NCBI GenBank assembly: GCA_051362555.1
Contig: CM120647.1
Location: 12,686,651-12,750,650, forward strand
Direction: 5' to 3'
Origin: Lingula anatina
Taxonomy: Eukaryota; Animalia; Brachiopoda
DNA: 64,000 bases
Positions 38,715 to 51,600 of the stretch are shown in pieces. A program made the translations under genes and the position numbers. Numbering within the stretch: the first letter of the stretch is position 1; the number at the start of each line of letters is the position of its first letter. A model generated the notes under the pieces. That model was not told the DNA's origin and searched no databases. It saw nothing but the letters and a program-made list of their open reading frames with translations.

Positions 38715-38883
38715 CAGGGGTGGATTCAGAGCCATTTACTGACAGTCTTCCAAATTTTCTTTGTTGATTCATCCTTCAGTTTTGACCGTCTTCCAACAGA
38801 AAAAAATTAGATACCCGTCAATGTAAACTTGAAAATCTGACCGTCTTCCGGAAGACCCAGAAGACGGCCTAAATCCGCCCCTG
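38715..38883. mobile_element. MITE family A, copy 2
   Basis: CAGGGGTGGAT...ATCCGCCCCTG, AATGC duplicated. Confidence 0.85.
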
Positions 38884-39330
38884 AATGCAACTTTGAGCAT
38901 TTTGAAATAGTCCATGACTTTTGCATAGATTGACTGAAGAATTTTGACAAAACTTTTTTTTATTCATTTCTGCTTGATGCTTGCAATTATATGTAGAACT
39001 ATCTCACTCATCCCACCAAACACATCCCACTGTCTGCCCTGAAGAAATGAATTAAAAAAATTCAATGATTTTCTGTCCATTTAAAAAGAAGATTGCAAGG
39101 GCAGAATTTTGAGCATTATCATAAAATACTGATGTTCGCAAGCAGTTCTTTTTGGCAAGCACTTCATTTATGTCAATCTGACACCTCAGTCATTTTGTTT
39201 TCAATATATATCAATCAACACAGGAAACCAGCCTCATTCAATCACATCAGCCGAACTAATACAGCTCCTCCCGAAAACCAATCAACAGTTAGGATGCAAG
39301 TTTCTTGACAAATTGACTCCACCCATCCCA

Positions 39331-42300
39331 TCACTTCCTTTCAACAAGCCCCTCCTCAACAAGCACACTGTCAATTGTTAGATCCACCCCTTCCTGGCTA
39401 GTGTCAATCAATCTGATAGCCACCCTATCAGAATCCTTGTCATTACATATCAGTCCCACCAGATCCTTCTCATTGGCCAGTTCTATAAACCTGTCCTTGG
39501 CTGCTTTTGACCAGTCCCTCCCACCAAGAGGCTGAACACCTAAAATATATCGAGTACGGTCAGATAATAGAAATTGTATTCCATTTAAAAAGAGCACAGC
39601 TGGCACTTACCATCATTCAAGCAGATTAAGTAAGGGAAAATCATTCAAGAGTGCCAAAAAAGCTTCATGAAGTTTTTGCTCATCTACCTTTCTCTAAAGA
39701 ACAATCAAACAACATTAATATCTTCTTTAAAACAATACATAAACTAAGACAAAGCTCATAAAATCTGCTTAAAATCTACATGCTCCTTTATCAAACTAGC
39801 TTGACAGCTTCACTTTAACAATTTACAATCACATGTACCTAAAATAGTCATATCTTAAGTTCTTACCAACAACTTTGCTTTGGTAACTTGATAAGGCATG
39901 CAATTAAAATGTCACTTACATAAATCTGTTAGTGCTTACCTGCTAATTTTGCCTTGACAGCTTGGAATGGCATGTATCTAAAGTGGGCTGGAAGTGGCTG
40001 GAAGTCTTCTGGTGACATGATACTGAAGTCTCCATAATCAACAAAATACACAGATACCTGGGATATAAAATATATATATTGATAAAAAAAAAAAAAAAAA
40101 AAAAAAAACGAAAAGAAGTGAGAAGACAGACATTCAGAGACGTGATATAATCTCATTTTTATTGACATACACTTTAATGACAATATAAGTAACATAGATT
40201 CATATCAGTATATACTCATTACCTCAAATCTTTATCCCACACTCGATATACAGAGATTCTCAAAATTGAACACACAGTTCTAAGCACACATTCTACTTCT
40301 TCCCTAAATGATGTTGTAATGGCTATTTTCATTCTCTCTCCAGTCTCCATGAGGCTCTCAAGGGTTAATCAAGCCCCAAGCTCACCTGTTCTCCAACCAG
40401 TGCCCTCACTTCCACCCTGTACCAGACCCCTTCCAGCACCCCAGCTAACAGGTCCCCTGGTTTGACCTTGTCTATGCTCACTTTTGCATTTGGTACCTTG
40501 AAAAAATTACATCCTTTTTTTCTGTATGGAACAGATCTATAAGATATCAAATATCCTGGTTTTCAGTTTTGTTGCTACCACTCAATAGGAAATCTTTTGA
40601 TTTAAAGAGTTCATGACTAAAAAGTATCTGTAGAATTCACAAATTTATCTTCCCTTGGCCTTCATGATTTCACTTCACAAACAGGATAAATGTTTTATGA
40701 ATTTACTTTATATTGGCCACCCTCTTGTATTGTTCAGTCTTGATGGGATGAAAGACTGAACAATCCCTTACCTTGGTATAGAACACTGACATCTGGGCCA
40801 TCAACTCTAGAGTCTCCTCCATGCTTTCATATGGGACACACTGGAATAAATAGAACAGTATCATATCCTTTGAAAAAGATCACATAGACAAGAATGGGCG
40901 AGAATGGGGAAGATAATTCCTTTTGGACATGAATAGAAGTGACAATTAATTAATCAAAGGGGTAAAACTAATATTGCATTTATGCCAATTAAAATTAAAT
41001 GAAATTCAAACTCTGTCGCCAAAAAAGTTTCCATAAAATTTCAAAATGAAAACACAGGAGTTGTGGTAGGGGAGTGGTTTTCCTGTCTTTTTTTTACAAA
41101 CAATATCATGCAAAAAATAGTCAACTACATTTCAATATGGCTCAACTACTGCATTTTGGTACATTCTCAACAAACACAATGCAAAGTTCAATACTTTAAC
41201 CTCCTACCACAAAATTTCCCGGGTTAAAAACCAGGCTAACGTGAACATCTAGGTAATCTCCAGGCTTTGGTATCTGTAACAGAGGTGGGCGTGGCAGGGT
41301 GTCACAATCCTCTAGGCTAAGGACTGTCAGCTGACAACACAATCCATCTCCTCCAGCACTGATCTCACCTAACGCAATATGCTCTTCACTTAATGATGTT
41401 GAAGGACAAAATTGAGCAATTTTTTTCTTTTTTTTTAAGTTACTGACTTATAAGATAGGTTTTCCCAAATTCATTATTAATTATGGCATAATGGTTTCCA
41501 AGCACCTATTTTCAAGAGAGGTTTTCTGTAATTCATTGCAAAGTGTATAGGAATTGTTTCCAAGTAACTGATTATGAAATGTATAAAGAAGCTAAACATC
41601 TTTTTGAGACATATTCATGTAGCAAGAAAAATCTCAAGGTTACAGTAATGGCTCCTATTCTAATTTAAAAAAAAAGTGTCAAACTTTGGTGAAAGTTATA
41701 TGTATAAGATAACACAAAATAAAATGCTTAACAAAATCAAATAAGCCAAAAAAAGTAATAAGAATAATAAACAAACAAGACAGCAAAATCTTAAATCTAA
41801 TTTAGTATTTACCTAAACTTGAGCTGGTAGATTGAGGTCTCTCAGAGGGAACACCAGCAGAGCCGGCATTTTGATTTTTGACATCAGTGTTATTATTTAG
41901 AGACAAAGTTTCCTCACTGCCTGTGGCATTGGCATCCATATTTGGCAGATCCGAAATGGCAGATTCACTGAATTCGTCCACTGTGATGTAGAGTGAATTA
42001 TCTGGTTCATCAGAGTAACTGCTCTGATTCAAGGAAATGTCTGTTTGAGATTCTTGTAATACGTCTTCATCAACTGTGTCACTGCAGCTGTCATCAGGCC
42101 TGAAAAAGGAGTCGATTATCCTCAAAATCTGACAATCCAATAAAAAATCCATTGGCAGTGTCAGCTACTATGTAACTATAAATTTTTTATTCATCAAAAT
42201 AGTAAAAACTCTTGTCTGCCAAAATGACAGAAATTGTGTTACAATGGTTATAAAGTCGAGAATACCTGGAGTCACTCAACTGACTATCTGACTGTGTGAT

Positions 42301-45300
42301 GAGTATATATTCAACAGTCACCAGTTAAGAACTAACAGTCACTCTACTTGGGATAGTCTGAGCACTTACATGAATATTTCTGGCTCAGAGAGAAGAAGCT
42401 GGTTTATAGAGTGTAGGAATTCCTCATTAACTTCACCGGGGATGAAGATTTCCACAGCTGGTGGCTGAGATGTTGAATCTATGACCTGAAACAAGAACAA
42501 GGCAGCAAAGCTGTCAAATGTACAGACAAAAAACAGGAAATAACTATGCACAAAATAAGCTACTGTCAATTCTGATGCAAAAATACATTATGTTAAACTG
42601 CAAATTCAACATCAAATTTTAATTATCCTCAACAGGTAATACCAATGTAATTAAAATATGTGACAAGTTTACACTTTGAAAATGTATAACTTCCAGAAAA
42701 AGAAGTCACTTAGACTGCTTTTCCAACTCAGACTGCATTTTAGTCCTGTATTTCTTTTTTGAAAGTTTGGCAATCATAAGTAACATGGTTTTCCCATAAT
42801 GGTCATCATGGCAGCAGCACCCAAAATTGTGTTTTCTTCTATTCTGATGCAATATTACATAATGGTTAACAGCATAATGACCGTCAATTTTTAATAATAA
42901 AATATACGTATCATGGATTTTCAGAAAATGTGACTAGCATGGGTCTTCAAGCCCGTGGAACTTCAAAGTCACACCTTAAAAATGCCAATATGTGAAAAAT
43001 TAAATTTTCACAAAATAACTGTTTAACTGGCAGTAAGAATTACCAAACAGACTGTATTTCCTACTGAAGCTGTATTTTAGTCCCATGTTTCTTTCCTGTA
43101 AGTTTGAGAACAGTAAATGACATGGTTTTTCTTAAATGGTCATCATTGGAGCAGTGCCCAAAATAGTTTTTTTTTTTTTTCAAATTTTGATGCAATATTA
43201 CATAATGTTTAACAGCATAATGACCATCAACTTTAATAATGAAATATTAGTATTATGGACATTCAGAAAATGTGACTAGCAAAGGTCTTCAGGCCCATGG
43301 AACTTCAAAGTCACAACTTGAAAATGCCAAAATGTAAACAAGACAGCACTGTTCCGAAATGTTTTTTTTCCATTTTTAACAATTTTTAACATAAAACAAA
43401 ATTAACAGTTTTTTGCCGTTTTTATATGATCAACTAAGAAAATTGATGAGATGGGAAAAATATCAACAGAGCAGTGTTAAATGTCCAATCTCTTCCATTC
43501 TGAGATTCTGAACATAGTGAATGATTGAATCTGACAAACTGCAATGATGAGTTTATTTCCATTTTTGAAACTTTATTACACAATACACGATAACAAGTTT
43601 ACCATCATTTTTACATAATCAACTAATAATGTTGTAAAATTGCAGGAAATGCCAAACAAACACTTTTACGTATCTTATTAGTTCAATAATGAAACTGTTT
43701 ACATGCCTAAGAATTAAATCTGAGGAAATGTGAAAAAACTGCATTTCTTTAAAATAATGGCCCGATTATGCTGATTTTTGAACTCAACCTGCGTTTTAGC
43801 AGGAATGACCACTCCTGTGAGTTTAATGACAATTGGCCTATCTGTTTTTCTTATATTGTGTTTACAGTGTTGCATATATGCTGAAAAGTGAAAAAAAAAA
43901 AAGCATAACTTCTACATTAATGGCCCGATCATGCTGATTTTCGAACTTGACCTGCATTTTATGAATATTCATCAGCTCTGTAAATATACAGCCAAAAAGT
44001 AAAACTGCCTTCCACTTATCGTGTTTACAATGAAAGTGCATGGCGCCAGCGACAGTGACAGCAACGACGGCGACGACAGACGCAGGTGATGGCAATATGT
44101 ACAGACACATCTGTACATATCAACTGTACTGTTTGAGAACAGTAAGTGACATGGTTTTTCTTAAATGGTCATCATGGGAGCAGTGCCCAAAATAGGTTTT
44201 TTTCAAATTTTAATGCAATATTACATAATGTTTAACAGCATAATGATCATCAATTTTTAAGAATAAAATATTAGTATCATGGACAAATAGTAAACGTGAC
44301 TAACAAAGGTTTTTAGGCCGATGGAACTTTAAAGTCACGACTTAGATGCCAAAATGTAAACAAGACTGCACTGTTCTGAAATGGGTTTATTTCCATTTTT
44401 AACACTTTTTTAACATAAAACAAATTAATAGGTTACTGCCATTTTTATAAGATCAACTAAGAAAATTGATGAGATGTGAAAAATATCAATAGAACAGTGT
44501 TCCATTCTGAGATTCTGAACATAGTGAATGATTGAATCTGACAAACTGCAATGATATGAGTTTATTTCCATTTTTGACACTTTATTACACCATACACGAT
44601 AACAAGTTTACCATCATTTTTACATAATCAACTAACAATGTTGTAAAGATGCAGGAAATGTCAAACAAACACTTTTACGTATCTTGTTACTTAAATAATA
44701 AGGCTATTAACATGCCTAAGAATTAAATCTGAGGAAATCTGAAGAAATGTGAAAAAACAGCATAACTTCTAAAATAATGCCCCGATTATGCTGATTTTCG
44801 AACTCAACCTGCGTTTTAGTAAGACTGACCATTCCTGTGAGTTTCATGACAATAGGCCTAACGGGTTTCCTTAAAATGTGTTTACAAGGTTGCATATATG
44901 CTGAAAAGTGAAAAAACAGCATAACTTCTACAATAATGGCCCGATCATGCTGATTTTCGAACTTGACCTGCGTTTTATGAATATTCATCAGCTCTGTAAA
45001 TATAAAGCCAAAAAGTAAAACTGCCTTCCACTTATCATGTTTACAAGGAAAGTGCACGGCGACGGCATCGCCATCGGCATCGGCATCGGCGACGACAGAC
45101 GCAGGTGATGGCAATATGTACAGACACATCTGTGTCTGTACATAATAAAAAATTGAAAAGGTATGACAAAAAGCAAATAAATTCAACCAGCTAAAAGGAA
45201 ACTACTAAGTATAAAGTGTAATTGATTTTAAGTCACAGTAAATGTTCATGGTGTGACAAAACATTAATCTCAAAGTATTTGGGATTGTAGCAAAAAAAAC

Positions 45301-48300
45301 TTACTGCCTGGTATTACAAGAAGTGTTATACCAATTTGTCAGCACTTACCCTTTTGTTGATCCAACTTGAAAAATGGCATGAAACCCAAATAAACTTGAT
45401 TCAAAGTGGATCGTTTCTGGCCAATATTTTTACCCCCTTTCCCCCTCACTGCACCCATCTGTCTACAGACCTGCGACCTGTCACCTTCAGTGTGACCAGT
45501 CTATCAGGAGAGACACCTGTCTTACCTTCAGTGTGACCAGTCTATCAGGAGAGACACCTGTCTTACCTTCAGTGTGACCAGTCTATCAGGAGAGACACCT
45601 GTCTTACCTTCAGTGTGATGGCTCTATCAGGAGAGACACCTGTCTTACCTTCAGTGTGACCGGTCTATCAGGAGAGACACCTGTCTTACCTTCAGTGTGA
45701 CCAGTCTATCAGGAGGAGCAAGTTCTAGGAACCTGTACATGGCACTTGCAGTCCAGGAGCCCCCTAGTGGTGGCAGGGCATGCAGCTGACACTCTATAGC
45801 CTGACATAAAGAGAAACAATTATTCTTCAATCATGGCCATTTCATCTGATTACAGATATAATATTTGTGATTATAAAATTAAGTATCTGAAAGTCTGATA
45901 ATTTTTGCCCATTAAAATTGCTGTAATTTCACGTTTCATACCTGGAAAGGCAGAGTCTTGAGATGTTTGCTAGCCCTGGTCATCTCTCTCAGTGTATTCA
46001 CCTGGACAACCTCTGTGTTCCCATAGTCTACAAACAGCACTTCAACCTACAGGGGATACACATTAATTCATTAATTTTTTTTAATCATTTTTAGTTAATA
46101 TAATTCCTTCCTTCCTTTCTTATTTTACTTATTCATTCATTTGCCTGTCTATTTTTGTATTCGTTCATTCAATTATTTATTCACTCATTCATTTCAACAT
46201 TTTTTCTACAAAGTTATGTTTTTTTGTAATAATCTCAAAAGATATTATTAAGGAGGTTAGCCATTTATAAAGATCTACATGGTCTGATGGCAAACATCCA
46301 TAATAATCAGTTAAGCACCATTTTGGTGGTAAATGGGAATTTACTATAGTTTCTGTGGGTTGTTTACAATGCGTTTATTGTGAGATATGAATCTCATACA
46401 AACAGTTGTTATATCTTTAACCAACAGTCTTACCTGTCTTCCAGTCTGCTGTGTGGTGACTTTAGCTCTGTACCAGAACCCATCCCCAGAGTACTTAGCA
46501 CACACTATCTTACCTGTCTCCCAGTCTGCTGTGTGGTGACCTTAGCTCTTTACCAGAATCCATCCCCAGAATACTTGGCACACACTATCTTACCTGTCTC
46601 CCAGTCTGCTGTGTGGTGACCTTAGTTCTGTACCAGAACCCATCCCCAGAATACTTGGCACACACTATCTTACTTGTCTCCCAGTCTGCTGTGTGGTGAC
46701 CTTAGCTCTGTACCAGAATCCATCCCCAGAATACTTGGCACACACTATCTTACCTGTCTTCCAGTCTGCTGTGTGGTGACCTTAGCTCTGTACCAGAATC
46801 CATCCCCAGAATACTTGGCACACACTATCTTACCTGTCTCCCAGTCTGCTGTGTGGTGACCTTAGCTCTGTACCAGAATCCATCCCCAGAATACTTGGCA
46901 CACACTATCTTACCTGTCTCCCAGTCTGCTGTGTGGTGACCTTAGCTCTGTACCAGAATCCATCCCCAGAATACTTGGCACACACTATCTTACCTGTCTC
47001 CCAGTCTGCTGTGTGGTGACCTTAGCTCTGTGCCAGAATCCATCCCCAGAGTACTTGGCACACACTATCTTACCTGTCTCCCAGTCTGCTGTGTGGTGAC
47101 CTTAGCTCTGTACCAGAATCCATCCCCAGAGTACTTGGCACAAACTATCTTCCCGACATCCGGGTGAGACACAAATTCAGTGGCACTGATTTTCTATATA
47201 AAAATAAAATTTAAAAACCACATCTAAGAAAAAGTTTAATATATAAACAATATAGATGACATATAAAGGCAGCCAAACATCCATGAGCACTTTAAACATA
47301 TTAACTGAGATTAATAATTTTTATACAAATTCATCAATGATCTAAATTGAAAAAAAAAATCACTTCTGTCAGCTTCCCCCCTCTTCCCTTACAATACAAA
47401 AAAAAAAAAAAAAAAAAAAAAATGCAGGCAGGGGACCAGAGGGCCACCGAGGCCAACAATATTTTTGGCTCCCAAAAAGCTGAAAATCTGTTGAGATCGA
47501 GTCGGTAAAAAATCTCAGTCTTGATAAAAGAAATCAATCAATTAATAAAAAAGGCCTACTTTAGAGTAGTACTCTCCCGCCTCTTGCATCAGTTCATTCA
47601 GTCTCTCCAGTCCCTGTCCCACCACTTGGAAATAGATGGAGCCACTGTCAGCTATGTGGCTCACGTAGCCTTCAACCTGCTCATCATCCTGAAAAACACA
47701 ACGTACAGAAACATAGATGGAGATGCAGTCTACCAAACAGCAAAGAAGGTGGAGCTGGAGCATAGTAAACTACTCACTCTTTCAATAACCATTTTTGTAC
47801 TACCTGTATATACAAATATAATTCATCAACCAATTTCCGAAATAAATATATTATTATATTTATATATAAATATATATAAATACATTATTTATTTTAAAAC
47901 TAAAAGAAAATTTAAATATAAAACAATATGAGACATAAGTTAAAAAGCATTGCTGTGAAGTTCTTGAAAAATTCCATTCCATTTTTAAATGGCCTTAAAA
48001 TTCCTGAGGCTTAAAAGCTTCCTTACAGTGGACTTCAGCTTACTAAATTACTTGTTATATGACCTACTTGTTGTAGAGCTTAATAAAAAATCTTAACAAT
48101 AGTCAAAAGTTTAGCACTACTGTACCTCAGGCAGTTTTGGTGTCAGGTCTTCATCTTTGACACAGCCAGCTAGTGCCTGGTTAAGATTGACATCCTCCGC
48201 ACCTGACGTGTCAAACAGTGTGACACATATTGTGTGACCTCTACAGTAATGAATGAATGTAATTTTAAATAACATTTTAAATTAAATTTAAATTTAAAAA

Positions 48301-48609
48301 CATTTTAATGATTTTGCTTAATAATATAATAATATATTAAGTAATCACATTCAAATTTAAAATGCAGAGAATAAAAACTGCTAATATATCAATGATGAAA
48401 AATCATAATTCAATGAAAAAAAAAGACCAAATTAATATACCTATACGGTGATGACAAATCTGACCATGAAAAGTAGGTCATGGTGGCTTATTTCCAATTT
48501 GAAAAGTGATAGCACCACTCTACCAGCTTCAGTACTCCACCAAAGCTCACTAGTTTCTCCAATATAATACCTAGTTTACTTACAAGAAGTACTACCACAC
48601 CTTTTCTGT

Positions 48610-48663
<54 letters not shown>

Positions 48664-51600
48664 CAAACCTTTCATGTACTTCTGCCACGCATGTGATACC
48701 CAGCACGCTTTCGTAAAGTTTTTCCAGCACAATCTCATTGTTTTCCAGATCTTCCAACCCTTCCAGCGAACACGACACAGCCTGCAGACATATCAAAATA
48801 AATGGCACTAATATTTTAACTGAACATGATGTAAGAGTCATTTTATTTTCTTGTAAATCTGTCTCAAAATTCAAACAAACAAACAATAAATAAATTAATT
48901 AATTAACAGAAAAAACAATAATAACATATGACTATTACAAATGTTAACCATTTTTAAGAGAGTAGACATTTTTTGTAACCATGTTATAACCTTATTTTTA
49001 CCTACGATACATGACAACTAACCCTTCATGAGTACAAAAACATGTTAAGTGGGCTTTATTAACCATAATTAATCTGGAGACAATGAAAAACCTGCATCAT
49101 TGTGTATAAGAATCTAAGGTTATATTCCCCACCTGATAAGCCAGTCTGGTGTTAAGCTCTGCAGTCAGTGGCCGTAGCTGACCAATATCAACTGTCTCTG
49201 TGTCCCCATGGTCTACTAGAATGCACTCCACCTGGTGAAAGCAGAGAGGAATTATTGGTATATGTCTATATATATGATTTTAGTTTAAAAATATTGAGGT
49301 TAATAGTCTCAAGTGACAAACCTCCCCCCAACTCTCTCTCACACATACTTTCCCATCCTCTCTCTCTCTCTCTCTCCCTTCCTTCTCTCCCCCCATACCT
49401 GTTTTCCATCAGAAGACTTCACCCTGACTCTGTGCCAGCCGTCAGCCTCAAACAGCCCCCCATACACCTCACCCTCTACCACTGCAGACACAGGGCCACA
49501 CTGGGAACACTGGCTCTCCAACGCTGACTCCAGCTGTTCTAATTTTTCCTGTGAATAAAAACCATATTCTTCAGTATGCATCTTAATAATGGATGGATAC
49601 TACGGTTAATTATTGTACACTTGCAATCACATTCGTTTGAATTGATAAAAAAAATTTAAATCTGACATGCAAAACATGTTTAGCATCCTGGAAGCTCTCT
49701 TATATAAATGTGAAAATACTTGCCTATTATTATATTTTACATATATTTCAAATGTCTAAGATCATAAATATAACCTGCACATGAAAAAGTTAAAAATACA
49801 GAATTTACTGCCCCCCCCCCCATTTTTATTATTATTATTATTTTTTTTTACAAATATAACATATTTTGAAAGCCAGAAATATAACATGCACTGTAAATCT
49901 GAGACACTTACAGAATATTCAGGACCAACCAGTCTTATCACCAAGTCAGTAGTTGTACAGACATGTGTCACATAGACGTCCCAGAAGCACTCCGAGGGCA
50001 GCTGTATGGGAGCTGAAAGGTAATAATATCAATTTCTCATCTACCAATCAATCAATTTCTACCAATTTCTAGTTCATAATCTAGTCCCAAACACTAAGTT
50101 ACATTATTATCAATTTCTGAAATCGGTAAGGTAATCTAGTTCTTAACGTGACCCTACTATCACCCCACCCACTTCATTAAATTGTTATCAGTTTTTTATG
50201 TCAAGAAGGCAATCTACTTCATAATCTAGTCCCAAACACTTAATAAAATAGCCATCAATATCTAACCATCAGAGGTCAATCTAATCCAATAATTGTCCCA
50301 CCAACTACAGAAATGTAAATGTCTCACCACATTAAAGTCAATCTAATCACTCTGTCATCCCACACACTGCCCTAAGGCATAAATATTATTACAAGTAAGT
50401 TGTGTGCTAAACTAATTTTAAGGCAAGTTTCTATTGAACTTTGGCTAACCCAGCTTCAACAGAAAACGCCCTACTGTAAAATCAAAGTCAAACGGTCACA
50501 AATGAAATAGAACTGCCACCTCTGACTAAAGCCCTGAAGCCTTACCTGGATCTGGGACATGATACACTACTGTGCTCTTTGCGACGCCTTTCTGAACCAA
50601 GCAGCTTGTTACGGACTGGCCAGTATGTTTGCTGAACAACTCCACTACACAATCGTGGTCTGGAGAAATATATTTATAATGGGGCATCATTTTTGCTTAA
50701 ATTCAGAGAATGATCAATTTTTATTGATACTTGTAAATATCAAATAAAACAGTTGGAGGCATGGTAGGGAGAGAGTTGGGGGTTTGAAAAGGGGATGGGA
50801 ATGGGAAGGGGTTTGAGAAGAGAAGGGTGGGGGGAAGGGGGTATGAGAAAGGGAGGGGTGGGGGGAGAGGGTTTGAGAAGAGGAGGGGTCTGAGTAAGGG
50901 AGGGGAGGGGGTGTTAAAGGAAGAGGGATTGGGCAGAAGTGTAAAATTCAAATATTATGTAATTTGTTAACTCACCCTCATGTGCTTTAACTGTCATCTT
51001 TACCTCTTCATTTAAGACTAGACTTGAGAATTCTTCATCACAGGAAGGCTACAGAAATAAAAATAAATTTGTTAAAATGGATGATAACCTTAAGAAATTT
51101 GGTAAAATGGATGATAACCTTAAGAATAAAAGCTGGTAGAATATACATTCAGATACTGTTGTGGTAGTTTATTTTACGACTACTTTCTACAGTACAACAG
51201 TCCACATAAGCTCAAGTTCACTGATGGAGCACCTGTTGGTCTGCGCTGGCTCGATGGTGGGTGCTATGTCCACTTAGACTTACCTTGAGTGGCTCAAGTC
51301 CACTGATACAGCACCTGATAGCCTGGGCTGGCTCACTTACCCCCTTACAGCTTTTAGTAGGCGGGACAGACATGTAAGCTGGCTAAGCTGACAGTTATCT
51401 AGTGAGACTCCCCACAGGGATAGATCGATCTAAAATCGGTGGGAATGGGGTCTTAGACTTACCTTGAGTGGCTCAAGTCCACTGATACAGCACCTGATAG
51501 CCTGGGCTGGCTCACTGGTCAGTTCAGGGGTCAGTGGCCGGAGATCTTGAAAGGGGACGGTGTCCATGTTGCCAAAGTCTACATAGTATACTGTCACCTT

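Noticed and set aside
46428-47150. CRISPR-like appearance of the regular 80-bp and 41-bp arrays
   Set aside because: Units are contiguous with no unique spacers, derive from host exon sequence, and there are no cas genes in this eukaryotic context.
48611-48661. Long poly-A/T runs (also 37585-37624, 62922-62972) as retrocopy tails
   Set aside because: No adjacent retroelement body or TSD visible; treated as simple homopolymers.
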